DNA of 64,000 nucleotides, from contig JBEPYO010000001.1 of NCBI GenBank assembly GCA_041641295.1, positions 160,001 through 224,000 on the forward strand. The letters run 5' to 3'. Origin of the DNA: Nitrososphaerota archaeon (GTDB lineage Archaea > Thermoproteota > Nitrososphaeria_A > Caldarchaeales > Calditenuaceae). Below the pieces are notes generated by a model. It worked only from the letters and a program-made list of their open reading frames with translations. It did not search any database and was not told where the DNA came from. Made by a program: the position numbers and the translations under genes. Below, in pieces: positions 10,402 through 20,818 of the stretch. How positions within the stretch are numbered: the first letter of the stretch is position 1; the number at the start of each line of letters is the position of its first letter.

Positions 10402-11475
10402 ATGGCGAGCCAAGAGCCTAATCTGAATACACCTAGGTCCAGTATGGCTGCAAGAGTGTCTAACTTGTTCGACAACTACTACATAAGAAAGATAGCCTAT
10501 AGCATAGTTACTCTTCTAGGCATTTCTATACTCATCTTTGTCATAGCGCGCGTCTTGCCAGGTGATCCCGCTAGACTCGCATTAGGCCCCCGCGCGCCTG
10601 AAGATGTTGTAGAACAGTATAGGCAGATGCTCCATCTAAAGGAACCACTTTACGTCCAATATTTCGTATGGCTTACAGACGTATTCCACGGCAGACTGGG
10701 AATATCTTTAGTCACATTCAGGGATGTAACCACGGACATTATAGAATTCCTGCCAGCCACAGTCGAACTCATAATTTTTGCGCTCGTTATCGACGTATTC
10801 GGCGCGTTTGGCCTAGGAGTATTAAGTGGCAGGAGACCCAACTCGGCCATAGACAATTTTGTGAGAGTATTCGCTTATGCAGGAATAGCGATTCCTTCCT
10901 TTGTCTGGGCCATAATTCTACAGCTAATCTTGGCGAGCTGGCTTGGCTTACTACCTGCCTATGGCCGTCTGAGCCTAGGGTTCGAAGTAAAGAGGATAAC
11001 GGGGCTTGTTACACTGGATTCCCTCCTGCAGGGGAATATACCTGCATTCTTTGACGCCTTGAGCCACCTCATCATACCCTCCCTAGCACTCGCCATTGGA
11101 ACAATAGCCCAAGAGGCAAGAATCCTGAGGGCAAACCTAATAGAGAATGTGAATAAAGACTATATTCTGAACATGTACTCGCACGGGCTTCCAAGTTCTG
11201 TCGTCTTCTTTAAATACGCACTAAAACCCTCCATGATCCCAACCGTAACCATAATGACCCTAGACATGGCGTCGCTAATAGGAAACGCATTTCTAGTCGA
11301 GTTTATATTTAATTGGCCCGGCCTGTCAAGATATGGCATAACCGCTATGTTGAGAAAGGACCTAAACGCGATCGTTGGCGTAGTTCTTATAATTGGCCTT
11401 GCCTACACTCTAGCGTCTATCGTCATAGACTTGCTCATCTCGAACTTGGACCCACGCATTAAACACAAGAGGTGA
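10402..11475 (+). CDS. ABC transporter permease (DppB-like)
   Basis: LPGDPAR, GIAIPSFV, FNWPGL motifs; multiple TM segments. Confidence 0.9.
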   Translation: MASQEPNLNTPRSSMAARVSNLFDNYYIRKIAYSIVTLLGISILIFVIARVLPGDPARLALGPRAPEDVVEQYRQMLHLKEPLYVQYFVWLTDVFHGRLGISLVTFRDVTTDIIEFLPATVELIIFALVIDVFGAFGLGVLSGRRPNSAIDNFVRVFAYAGIAIPSFVWAIILQLILASWLGLLPAYGRLSLGFEVKRITGLVTLDSLLQGNIPAFFDALSHLIIPSLALAIGTIAQEARILRANLIENVNKDYILNMYSHGLPSSVVFFKYALKPSMIPTVTIMTLDMASLIGNAFLVEFIFNWPGLSRYGITAMLRKDLNAIVGVVLIIGLAYTLASIVIDLLISNLDPRIKHKR

Positions 11476-12380
11476 GACGAGTGGGTAGGACAGTCGAAGA
11501 ACAGAAGCGGTATCTCGGGCTTGAGCGAAGTGTTAAGAGAGAGAATCTGAGGCGAGTGTGGTTTAGATTTAAGAGGAGCAAACTTTCTCTCATTGGCCTG
11601 TCGCTTGTCGGTCTTCTAATTCTCTTTGTTGGCCTAGCAGAGTTTATCGCCCCCTATCCTGAGCACGCTGGACTATACATCAATTTTAAGGATGCCTACA
11701 AGCCGCCAAGCATGGAGCACCTGTTTGGCACTGACATGTATGGGCGGGATGTGTTAAGTCGCGTTATTTTCGGGTTTAGATACGCATTTCTCTTAATTGG
11801 TATAGTTTTGTCTCTAGTAGTGCCTACTGGTGTGGTCTTGGGCCTCATTGCCGGGTATTATAGAGGAACCATAATAGAGACAATAATAATAAGGCTATCG
11901 GACATATTCATCTCTATACCCTATCTGGTCTTAGCCCTAGCAATTGCCTCCATACTGGAGCCCAACATATACAACGCCATGCTGGCGGTGTCATTGATGT
12001 GGTGGCCCTGGTATGTTAAACTAACCCACTCTGTAACTACCTCTCTCAGGAATGAGCCATTCATCCTAGCCGCCGAGGCTCAAGGCGCCTCAACCCTACA
12101 TATTCTCTTCCGCGAATTACTGCCCAACCAGCTAGGCATAATACTTACCAAAGTTACGCTGGACGCTGGATGGGTTGTACTGATAGGGGCCGCTATTAGT
12201 TTCGTCGGCCTCGGGGCACAGCCGCCGACCCCAGACCTTGGAACAATGGTATCCGAGTACAGTAAGTACCTCCCGAGTTACTGGTGGATGAGCATGGGCC
12301 CTGCACTCGGCATTGTACTGATAATACTCTCATTTAATTTGCTCGGCGACGGTATTAGAGACGTCTTCGCGGGTGATTAA
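11472..12380 (+). CDS. ABC transporter permease (DppC-like)
   Basis: HLFGTDMYGRDVLSR, EAA-like loop, GLGAQPPTPDLG, NLLGDGIRD. Confidence 0.9.
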   Translation: MRRVGRTVEEQKRYLGLERSVKRENLRRVWFRFKRSKLSLIGLSLVGLLILFVGLAEFIAPYPEHAGLYINFKDAYKPPSMEHLFGTDMYGRDVLSRVIFGFRYAFLLIGIVLSLVVPTGVVLGLIAGYYRGTIIETIIIRLSDIFISIPYLVLALAIASILEPNIYNAMLAVSLMWWPWYVKLTHSVTTSLRNEPFILAAEAQGASTLHILFRELLPNQLGIILTKVTLDAGWVVLIGAAISFVGLGAQPPTPDLGTMVSEYSKYLPSYWWMSMGPALGIVLIILSFNLLGDGIRDVFAGD

Positions 12381-12382
12381 GC

Positions 12383-13351
12383 ATGCTGCTTGACATACAT
12401 GATCTTCATGTTCATTATAAGAGCTACTGGTATGTTCATAAAGTATTAAACGGGGTTTGGTTGAGAATGGCTGAGGGAGAGAGGGTAGGAATAATTGGCG
12501 AGACGGGCAGCGGGAAAACAACCCTCCTCAAATCCATATTGAGGATACTCCCTCAGAACGCAATTATTCCCCGTGGCGAGATAAAGTTCAAGGACATAGA
12601 TGTGTTGAAGGCCGGCGAGGCAGAGCTTTCGATTGTGAGACGGCGAGAAATAGGAATGATATTCCAGGACCCTATGGCTGCGTTGAATCCGGTGTTTAAG
12701 ATTAAGGACCAGTTATACGACATAATCAAGTATAAGCTGCTGGCCGAGGGGCATAACCCCACTAAAGAAGAGTTACACGACCATGCGGTAAGGGTGTTAA
12801 ATGATGTGAAGCTCCCCGACTACGAGAGGGTTTTGGAGTCCTTTCCCTTCCAGTTAAGCGGTGGGATGAGGCAGAGGGTGATGATTGCCATGGCTTTAAT
12901 TTCTGCAGGCAAACTTTTGCTCGCAGACGAGCCAACCACTAATATCGACGTTACTATCCAAGACCAGATATTGAAGCTGATCGACAGGTTGGTGAAGCAG
13001 AGAGGACTAAGTACGATACTAGTGTCGCACGCCTTAGGTATGGTGCGCCAAATGACTGATAGAGCCTATGTATTGTATGCTGGAGACATTATGGAAGAGG
13101 CTAGGACGGGCGAACTGTTCGACCACCCGGCTCACCCGTATACAAGTTTGCTTATTTCCAGCGCCCCGAAGATAAGTACCCGGGAAATAGGTGAAGGAAT
13201 TAGAGGGAAGCTGCCAGACTATAGATCCCCGCCTACTGGTTGTCGATTCGCTCCGAGATGCCCTTATGCAATGGACAAGTGCCATACAGTCAAGCCCAAG
13301 AGAACTGTCATCAATGCAGACCACGCCGTGGCGTGTCACCTCTATGAGTGA
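12383..13351 (+). CDS. ABC transporter ATP-binding protein (DppD-like)
   Basis: GETGSGKT, LSGGMRQR, ADEPT; C-terminal Cys cluster CRFAPRC..C..VACH. Confidence 0.92.
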   Translation: MLLDIHDLHVHYKSYWYVHKVLNGVWLRMAEGERVGIIGETGSGKTTLLKSILRILPQNAIIPRGEIKFKDIDVLKAGEAELSIVRRREIGMIFQDPMAALNPVFKIKDQLYDIIKYKLLAEGHNPTKEELHDHAVRVLNDVKLPDYERVLESFPFQLSGGMRQRVMIAMALISAGKLLLADEPTTNIDVTIQDQILKLIDRLVKQRGLSTILVSHALGMVRQMTDRAYVLYAGDIMEEARTGELFDHPAHPYTSLLISSAPKISTREIGEGIRGKLPDYRSPPTGCRFAPRCPYAMDKCHTVKPKRTVINADHAVACHLYE

Positions 13352-14325
13352 GGGGAGTTAATATGGAGAAGGACTCTATCCTAACAGTTTCTGATGTCAG
13401 AAAATACTTTAAGATAAAAGAGGGAATCGTAAAGGCTGTAGACGGTGTAAGCTTCTCGGTAAAATATGGTGAAACTCTAGCACTTGTAGGAGAGTCAGGT
13501 TCAGGGAAGACAACCACCGGGCATCTAATAATGGGCTTCTATCCACCAGATAGCGGAAAAATACTCTATAAGGGAAAACACGACCTCTCAATACCAATCA
13601 AGAGGCGTAGTCTTGAGTTAAAGAGGGAGATTCAGATAGTCTTCCAAGACCCAGGCACATCGCTTAATCCTAAGCACATTGTTAAGGATATCGTAGGGTT
13701 GCCATTACGCATCCACGGACTAGCTGATTCGTCGAGTGTTTATGGTAAAGTGGCGGAGTTGTTAGAGTTTGTGGGTTTGGGTGAAGATTTTATGTTCAAG
13801 TATCCTCATGAGCTCGGTGGAGGAGAGAAGCAGCTCGTCGCAATAGCTAGAGCCCTCGCCCCAAACCCGTCTTTTATAATCTTGGACGAGCCTACCTCCG
13901 CACTAGACGTTTCATCACAGGCGAAGGTCCTTAACACCTTAAGCAGAATACAGAAGGAACGGGACATTAGCTATCTCCTGATCACCCATGATCTGGGTGT
14001 TGTGCGAAATATATCGCACCGAGTGATGATAATGTATTTAGGGAAAATATACGAGGAGGCCCCTACGGACGAATTCTTCAGAGGACCACTACACCCATAC
14101 ACTCAGATGCTACTCTCCTCAATCCCAACACTGACTAGGCAGGACGAAGAAATTAAACCGAAGGGGGTTGAGGCTGTGGGTGAAATCCCGAGTGCACTAA
14201 GCCCGCCAAAGGGGTGTAGATTCCACACGAGATGCCCGTTTGCAAAGCCTATTTGTAGCGAGCGCGATCCACCAGATGTTGTAGCAGATAGCGGACACGT
14301 CGTCAGATGCTGGCTTTATGAATAG
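13348..14325 (+). CDS. ABC transporter ATP-binding protein (DppF-like)
   Basis: GESGSGKT, variant signature LGGGEKQ, LDEPTS, HPYT, CRFHTRC. Confidence 0.92.
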   Translation: MRGVNMEKDSILTVSDVRKYFKIKEGIVKAVDGVSFSVKYGETLALVGESGSGKTTTGHLIMGFYPPDSGKILYKGKHDLSIPIKRRSLELKREIQIVFQDPGTSLNPKHIVKDIVGLPLRIHGLADSSSVYGKVAELLEFVGLGEDFMFKYPHELGGGEKQLVAIARALAPNPSFIILDEPTSALDVSSQAKVLNTLSRIQKERDISYLLITHDLGVVRNISHRVMIMYLGKIYEEAPTDEFFRGPLHPYTQMLLSSIPTLTRQDEEIKPKGVEAVGEIPSALSPPKGCRFHTRCPFAKPICSERDPPDVVADSGHVVRCWLYE

Positions 14326-14332
14326 AGTTTGG

Positions 14333-15436
14333 CTATAGGTATTCGTCAATTGAGAGGGACTTTGGCAATTTAGTTAGGTTTGTGTGCCCGTCTTCAGTAA
14401 TTATAACGTTGTCTTCCAGCCTAACTCCAAACCTCCCCGGTAAATATATTCCGGGCTCTACTGTGAACGTCATCCCTTTTCTCAACTCTTGGCTGTTATC
14501 ACCTTTAATGTAGGGGGGTTCATGAACCTCTAATCCTAGTCCATGCCCAGTCCTGTGAATGAAGTATTCCCCATACCCGGCTTTAGATATGGTCTGTCTA
14601 GCCTCCCTGTCTAGGTCGCCAGCCTTCGAGCCCTCCCTAGCCATCGCTAGGGCGGCTGACTGGGCTTTATACACAATGTCAAAGATTTGTTGTTGCTGCT
14701 GCGAAGGCTTCCCGCAAGTGATAGTCCGAGTAATGTCCGAGTAATACCCCATATACCTGATGCCAATATCGAGAAGCACTATTTCTCCGTCACCAATTTT
14801 CCTATCAGTTGGCTCCTGATGAGGGAGAGCTGAATTACTTCCTGACTGGATCAGAGTGAATGCGACCTCGTCAGCACCTAACTCTAATGCCTTCGTCCTT
14901 ACGTAGGCGGCGAGCTGCTTCTCCGATAAGCCCTGCTTGACCTGACCGATACTTTCTACCATTAGTTTATTGTTGATCTCTGCAGCCCTTTCAAGACATC
15001 TAACCTCCTCACCATCTTTAACGACCCTTAAAGAGTACATTACATCATCAACGAGCGAAAGACTCGAAGCGAGGCCTCTAGAAATTATTGGGTAAACAAA
15101 TCTGTATGGGGTGCTTCCATCCAAGCCTAAGTTTTCAACATGGTATTTTGAAAAAAGTCCCCTCATTACATTTATCGGGTCTTCCACGTCACTATAAGCT
15201 AGAATCTCAGCGTTTTTTAACTTACAATTCTCCTCCGCCCGATCCTTCTCAAGCTTAGGAACTATTAGACACGCCGTCTCTTGTTCTCTGAATATCAATA
15301 GCGCGACTAAACGCTCTAGAGAAATTGCGCTATAGCCTGATAAATAATACATGTTAGGCTCGAAAGTCAGCATGACAGCGTCGAGGCTTAAGCGATCCAT
15401 ATTCTCCCTCAATCTCTTTAACCTATCTAAGTACAT
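14333..15436 (-). CDS. Xaa-Pro peptidase (M24B family)
   Basis: Creatinase_N-like domain, then YYSDITRT, HRTGHGLGLEVHEPP, TVEPGIY, GVRLED. Confidence 0.92.
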   Translation of the reverse strand: MYLDRLKRLRENMDRLSLDAVMLTFEPNMYYLSGYSAISLERLVALLIFREQETACLIVPKLEKDRAEENCKLKNAEILAYSDVEDPINVMRGLFSKYHVENLGLDGSTPYRFVYPIISRGLASSLSLVDDVMYSLRVVKDGEEVRCLERAAEINNKLMVESIGQVKQGLSEKQLAAYVRTKALELGADEVAFTLIQSGSNSALPHQEPTDRKIGDGEIVLLDIGIRYMGYYSDITRTITCGKPSQQQQQIFDIVYKAQSAALAMAREGSKAGDLDREARQTISKAGYGEYFIHRTGHGLGLEVHEPPYIKGDNSQELRKGMTFTVEPGIYLPGRFGVRLEDNVIITEDGHTNLTKLPKSLSIDEYL

Positions 15437-15539
15437 GGCGAATCATCAAAGCGTGGTGGTAAGCTATAAAATTGTTGGTTAAGAAGTGGTAGGATCTTCA
15501 GAAAAATAATTCTCCGGAGGGCCGCCTGTCAATCATCTA

Positions 15540-17291
15540 TCATGCAGTTTTCTTCTGCCTCTCCTTCTTCTTTTTCTGCCTCAACTCGTTCGTAGCGTCC
15601 CAATTAATCTCCAAGGTGTTTGGATCCAGCACTACACCATATATTTCTCTCGCCACTTCGATTGTTATGTATTCGTTCTTCACATCCATCCTGACCCTCT
15701 CTGGATCCCTTTCCAGCGGATCACCCCATCCTCCACCGCCACCGGACCTTAGACTCACTACTTCGCCTTTTCTCAATCTGAGGGCGGCAATCTTTCTGGT
15801 AACCTTGGGCTCCTCGCCGTGCTTGAAGATTACGCAATAGTTGGGTGTGCCATTCATTCCCCCATCAACCCCCCATGGCGGGAATTTGCTCCGACCTATC
15901 GAGACGGTAAAGTAGGCCTCGTCGCATAGGACGCGGTAGTCTTTTATCACTCCAAAACCTCCTCTAAATTTTCCATGACCTGTCCCTCCTTCTACGTTTA
16001 GACAATACCTGTCCACCATTATGGGCATACGTTTCTCGTAAACCTCGTTGGATGCTATGAAAGTCTCACCGTCTCCACAGGCTACTAGTCCACTCTCACC
16101 ATCTTTGTCGTATCCTGCACCCCATCCACCTGGCTGAGGCTCTACGATTGCGAAGGGCTCTCCTGTCCTATTATCTACTCCTCCAAGTATCGTTGCGAGA
16201 ATCGACAAAAAGTGACCTGCAGTCAGCTTGTCGGGTACGTGGGGTGCAAGAGCTTTCCAGACCAAATCGGTTGCGTATGCCATCGACTCCCAGTATGTGG
16301 AAGTTGGGGTAGGTTTAACCGGGTGAAAAACGGAGCCCGGCGGCGCAATTACTTTCAACGGCCTGAAGTAACCACTGTTGAAATGAACATGTGGGTCAGT
16401 AACGGCCATATACGTTTCTCTCACGCCCGAGACCGTTGCGGCATAGGGTGAGGCGATCGAGCCCTTCGCTGAGCCACTCCCAGTGAAGTCTGCCACAATC
16501 TCGTTCTCGCTTATAGTAACTTTTACCCTTACGTATACCGGGTTATCTGTTAAACCATCGTCATCAATGTAATCCTCCGCTTCAAAAACGCCCTTCGGCA
16601 ACTTCCCAATATTCAATAAAGCAAGTTTGTATCCATCATCTATGATTTTTTCCATTGCTTTCTTCACCATGTCAATGCCATACTTCTCCACAAGTCTTTC
16701 AACTCGACGTGATGCAACCTTCATAGAGGCCACTTGTGCCTCCATGTCGCCGAGAGTATGTTGAGGAAGCCTCGAATTCTCCAAGATAATATCTATAACA
16801 TCTTTGTTCGGTTTTCCCTCTTTGTATATTTTAATACAGGGCAAAAGCAGTCCTTCTTGATAAATCTCAGTCGAATCAGATGTCCAGCTGCCGAAGTGCA
16901 TTCCACCAACCTCGCTCCAGTGCCCCTTGTTCAAAATTATGGAGAGGAGCTCATCCTTATAAAAGACAGGCATCGCTAATGTAACATCGTTTAAATGTGT
17001 ACCCGATTTGTATGGAACATTGAGCCCAACTACATCGCCCGGATATAGCTCACCATTCCACTTATCGAGCACTTCTCTCGCAGCGAAGTCGAGGACGCCT
17101 GAGAAACCTGGGACACCGGGCGCTTGGGCTATTAAATCGCCTTCGGAGTTGGTCATGGCGACCGCGTAGTCTAGAACTTCATAGATTACAGGGCTCTTTG
17201 CCGTCCTCCCGAAGGCGTAAAACATCTCTTCATTAGCCGTGATGAGGCCGCTCTTAATTATCTCCAGAGTGAAGAGGTCGGATTTGCTCAT
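15540..17291 (-). CDS. Hydantoinase B / 5-oxoprolinase family subunit
   Basis: GTHLND, KGHWSEVGG, EIYQEG, GHGKFRGG, GGGGGWGDPLERDP. Confidence 0.92.
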   Translation of the reverse strand: MSKSDLFTLEIIKSGLITANEEMFYAFGRTAKSPVIYEVLDYAVAMTNSEGDLIAQAPGVPGFSGVLDFAAREVLDKWNGELYPGDVVGLNVPYKSGTHLNDVTLAMPVFYKDELLSIILNKGHWSEVGGMHFGSWTSDSTEIYQEGLLLPCIKIYKEGKPNKDVIDIILENSRLPQHTLGDMEAQVASMKVASRRVERLVEKYGIDMVKKAMEKIIDDGYKLALLNIGKLPKGVFEAEDYIDDDGLTDNPVYVRVKVTISENEIVADFTGSGSAKGSIASPYAATVSGVRETYMAVTDPHVHFNSGYFRPLKVIAPPGSVFHPVKPTPTSTYWESMAYATDLVWKALAPHVPDKLTAGHFLSILATILGGVDNRTGEPFAIVEPQPGGWGAGYDKDGESGLVACGDGETFIASNEVYEKRMPIMVDRYCLNVEGGTGHGKFRGGFGVIKDYRVLCDEAYFTVSIGRSKFPPWGVDGGMNGTPNYCVIFKHGEEPKVTRKIAALRLRKGEVVSLRSGGGGGWGDPLERDPERVRMDVKNEYITIEVAREIYGVVLDPNTLEINWDATNELRQKKKKERQKKTA

Positions 17292-19348
17292 ACTCCTCCC
17301 CTCTCAGAGATGATTACGTTACCATATTTATCTACCGATACCTTCTGCGTATCCAAAACAAGAACTGTTGACGTCGGATCCTCTATAATCGCCGGCCCGT
17401 CAATCTTGAATCGGGGAGATAGCTTCTGCTTATTATAGACAGGCAACGTTAAATCATCACCATTCAAATAGACCCGCCTCTCCCCAATTAGAGCGTCATC
17501 GGACGACCCTGCTGGATTCTCAATCTCCTTGAGCTCAAACTTTCTTATCTTATACTCGCCGACGACGTGGAAGTTCACAATTTCAACCGGGCCTTCTAGT
17601 CTAAATGCGTATTCTCGTTCATGATACTCGTGAAACCTGTTTACTATCAAGTCGATTTCTTCGGCGCTGATATTTACTATTGGAATCGGGACTTTCACCG
17701 TATGCTCTTGGCCATAGTATCGCATGTCAGCGTACCTCTGGATCACAACCTCACCTACGCCTAGCTCCTCCTTGAAAATTTCGAGGATTTTCGTCTCAAG
17801 CTGTGAATATATGTCATTTATCCGCTTTATCGCCTGCTCCTTATCCAGCCGGACAATCTCTGTGTAAACGAGGTCGTGCCGTATATCTGTGGTGAGCATT
17901 CCCCACGCACTGAAAACCCCTGGCGGGATTACTGGAACTATTATCTTCTTTATTTCAAGTTCTTGAGCTATGAAGGGGGCGAACATCGGCCCTGATCCAC
18001 CATGCACTATTAAGGTGAAGTCTCTTGGATCATAGCCGCGCTGGACCGAAACCACTCTTATAGCGAAGGCTGCATTCTCATTTGCGAGTTTAATGATGCC
18101 CTCAGCCGCTTCTTGGACAGAGATGTTATAGTGGTCCGCAACTTTTTGTTCAATTGCGTCGTGGGCGAGTTTTTTATGTATTCTCATGGCCCCGCCAAGG
18201 AGGTATTCAGGATTGATTAAACCGTTCACAACATAGGCGTCGGTTACGGTGGGCTCTGTTCCTCCTTTCCCATAGCATGCAGGCCCAGGATAGGCTCCGG
18301 CCGCCTTCGGCCCGACCCTCAGGTTTCCTATCGAGTCGATCCAAGCAATACTTGTTCCCCCATTTCCTATCTCAAATGTGTCTACGACCGGCACCCTCAC
18401 CGGATATCCAGCAGAAGTCTTGGTTCTCTCAACATAGTACTCTGTGTGGACTCGGGGGGTTAGGCCTTCTACAAGGCTGGCTTTTGTCGTGGTGCTCCCA
18501 CCGTCTAGGACGATTACGTTAGTGTCCCCCACCAGTTTAGCAATGTATACCCCTCCTATTACGCCTGCTACCGGGCCTGACTCTATCGTGTATATGGGGA
18601 ACTTCTTAGCTATGTCGAAGGTTGCTACACCGCCGTTGGAGAGCATAACGAATGGGTTTCTTTTGAAGCCTCTCTCCTTGAAAGCCTCCTCCAGCTTTGT
18701 CAAGTATCTTATGAGTTTAGGTTTGACGTAGGCGTTGAGAACAGCCGTCATAGTGCGTTCATACTCCCTCCACTCCCTGGTTATTTCATGCCCTAGAGTT
18801 ACAGGGACATCCAAACGCTCCTGAACTATCTCGCCTGCTCTAAGCTCGTGGGCGGGGTTTGCATAAGAGTTTATAAAACTTATACAAACGCTCTCAACAC
18901 CCTCTTTCTTAAATTTTTCAAGCGCACTCTCTACGTCCTCCTCCTTCATAGGTTTAAGAATCTCTCCATCGGCAGTGACTCGCTCCTCAACCTCCAAGCG
19001 CAGATATCTCGGAACTATTGGGTCAGGTTTTTGATACCTGAAATTATACATGTCCCTTCTGTTAGACCTTTGAAGTTCTAAGACGTCTCTAAATCCCTTT
19101 GTTGTTATTAGGCCGACCTTAGCGCCTTTCCTCTCGATGATTGTGTTGATGACTAGGGTCTGTCCGTGTATAATGGAGAGTACCTTAGAAAAGTCTATTC
19201 CACTCTTGGAAATTGTTCTTAATACGCCGATTGAGGGGTCGTGGGGAGTTGTCTCATCTTTGACCCAGATGAGCTCGCCAGTTTCATCGTCGTAACCTAC
19301 TAGGTCGGTGAAGGCTCCACCGATATCAATCCCTATCCTATACACCAA
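17288..19348 (-). CDS. Hydantoinase A / 5-oxoprolinase family subunit
   Basis: IGIDIGGAFTD, ESGPVAG, DGGSTT, GAYPGPACYG, DMRYYGQ. Confidence 0.92.
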   Translation of the reverse strand: MVYRIGIDIGGAFTDLVGYDDETGELIWVKDETTPHDPSIGVLRTISKSGIDFSKVLSIIHGQTLVINTIIERKGAKVGLITTKGFRDVLELQRSNRRDMYNFRYQKPDPIVPRYLRLEVEERVTADGEILKPMKEEDVESALEKFKKEGVESVCISFINSYANPAHELRAGEIVQERLDVPVTLGHEITREWREYERTMTAVLNAYVKPKLIRYLTKLEEAFKERGFKRNPFVMLSNGGVATFDIAKKFPIYTIESGPVAGVIGGVYIAKLVGDTNVIVLDGGSTTTKASLVEGLTPRVHTEYYVERTKTSAGYPVRVPVVDTFEIGNGGTSIAWIDSIGNLRVGPKAAGAYPGPACYGKGGTEPTVTDAYVVNGLINPEYLLGGAMRIHKKLAHDAIEQKVADHYNISVQEAAEGIIKLANENAAFAIRVVSVQRGYDPRDFTLIVHGGSGPMFAPFIAQELEIKKIIVPVIPPGVFSAWGMLTTDIRHDLVYTEIVRLDKEQAIKRINDIYSQLETKILEIFKEELGVGEVVIQRYADMRYYGQEHTVKVPIPIVNISAEEIDLIVNRFHEYHEREYAFRLEGPVEIVNFHVVGEYKIRKFELKEIENPAGSSDDALIGERRVYLNGDDLTLPVYNKQKLSPRFKIDGPAIIEDPTSTVLVLDTQKVSVDKYGNVIISERGGV

Positions 19349-19412
19349 ATATTATCACCTGTCATCAACCTTTAGGCGGAACTCTCATTAATATAAAACT
19401 AACTGTTATTAG

Positions 19413-19430
19413 TATGCAGTTGAATGCATA
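19413..19430. promoter_or_regulatory. Palindrome TATGCA-N6-TGCATA, candidate operator
   Basis: Perfect 6-bp inverted repeat just upstream of the minus-strand TATA-like run (19387-19398) of the oxoprolinase A gene. Confidence 0.4.
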
Positions 19431-19609
19431 AAGTAATGCACCATCTCATCTGGCGACACAAATGCTGACTGGCCTACTTTTTAGGAACTGAGTTGAATTG
19501 TAAATGATTGACTGTTAGTAGATGCTTTGAAGTGTCCACGGGCCATGATTCTTCATCGAGCCCTAGCGGGACGCTGGGGTTATAGCTCAGTTTGTAGTCT
19601 TGTAGTTGG

Positions 19610-20818
19610 ATGGAGCTTGCGGGGTTGGTGGGGAAGCCGAACGTGGGTAAGAGTACGCTCTTCTCCGCCTTGACTATGGTAGATGTTCCAATCGCGAATT
19701 ATCCATTCACTACTAAAAGCCCTAACAGGGGGGTGACCTATCTCCGGTTTAACTGTGTTTGCAGAGAGCTGGGCGTGAAGGATAATCCCAGAAACTCGCT
19801 CTGTGTGGATGGTGTAAGGCTTATTCCCATCCAGATTATTGACTGCCCTGGCATCGTTCCTCAAGCCCATATGGGGAGAGGGCTGGGTCTCCAGTTCCTT
19901 GACGAGATTAGGCAGGCCAGTGCCTTGATTGTTGTTGCTGATGCTTCTGGTGGGACAGATCTTGAGGGAAACATTGTTGAGCCTGGGACTCAGGACCCTG
20001 TAGAGGACGTGAGGCTGGTTGAGCGGGAGCTGGCTGAGTGGTTTCTAAGCATCATCTCTAGAGACTGGCCGAGGATTGCGCGGGCCGTAGAGGCGAAACA
20101 AGCCTCTCTTTCGGACGAGATTGCGCGCGTATTCTCTGGCCTCGGGATTAGCAGGGAAGATGTCGAGGCCGCTATAAGCAGGGCGGAGTTAAACCCGGCT
20201 CATCCGACGGGCTGGAAACAAGAGGAGCTCCGCTCTTTCGTGAACGAGCTGAGAAAGTTGTCAAAGCCAATAATAGTTGCTGCGAACAAGGCCGATGTGC
20301 CAGGAGCACAGAAGGGAGTCAAAAGGCTCGTCGAGGCCGGGTATGAGACTATCCCCTGCAGCGCGGAAGCTGAACGGGCCCTGAGAATAGCGGCTGAGCG
20401 AGGGCTGATAAGCTATAGGCCTGGGGACAAGTCGTTCAAGATAATTGACGAATCCAAGCTCAGCCCAGCCCAGAAAAAAGCCCTTGACAGGCTTGCAGGC
20501 TTCATGGAGAAGAACGGGGGAACAGGCGTCCAAGACCTCATAGACAGGGTATATCTAGGGGTTTTGGGCTATATCCCGGTATTTCCCGTCGAAGACCCTG
20601 CGAGGCTAACAGACAGGAACGGAAATGTCCTCCCAGACGTGTACCTTCTCAAGCCAGGATCAGGCCCCAGAGACTTAGCATACAAGATCCATTCCGAACT
20701 AGGTGAGGCCTACCTCTACGCCATAGACGCGCGAAGAAAGCTTAAGCTCTCATCCGATTACAAGCTGAGACCCGGAGACGTGATCTCCATCGTCTCAGCT
20801 GCTAAGAGGGGGGCCTAA
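19610..20818 (+). CDS. ychF: Archaeal YchF/Obg-family translation-associated NTPase
   Basis: GKPNVGKST, NYPFTT, GRGLGLQFL, ANKAD, C-terminal TGS domain. Confidence 0.9.
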   Translation: MELAGLVGKPNVGKSTLFSALTMVDVPIANYPFTTKSPNRGVTYLRFNCVCRELGVKDNPRNSLCVDGVRLIPIQIIDCPGIVPQAHMGRGLGLQFLDEIRQASALIVVADASGGTDLEGNIVEPGTQDPVEDVRLVERELAEWFLSIISRDWPRIARAVEAKQASLSDEIARVFSGLGISREDVEAAISRAELNPAHPTGWKQEELRSFVNELRKLSKPIIVAANKADVPGAQKGVKRLVEAGYETIPCSAEAERALRIAAERGLISYRPGDKSFKIIDESKLSPAQKKALDRLAGFMEKNGGTGVQDLIDRVYLGVLGYIPVFPVEDPARLTDRNGNVLPDVYLLKPGSGPRDLAYKIHSELGEAYLYAIDARRKLKLSSDYKLRPGDVISIVSAAKRGA

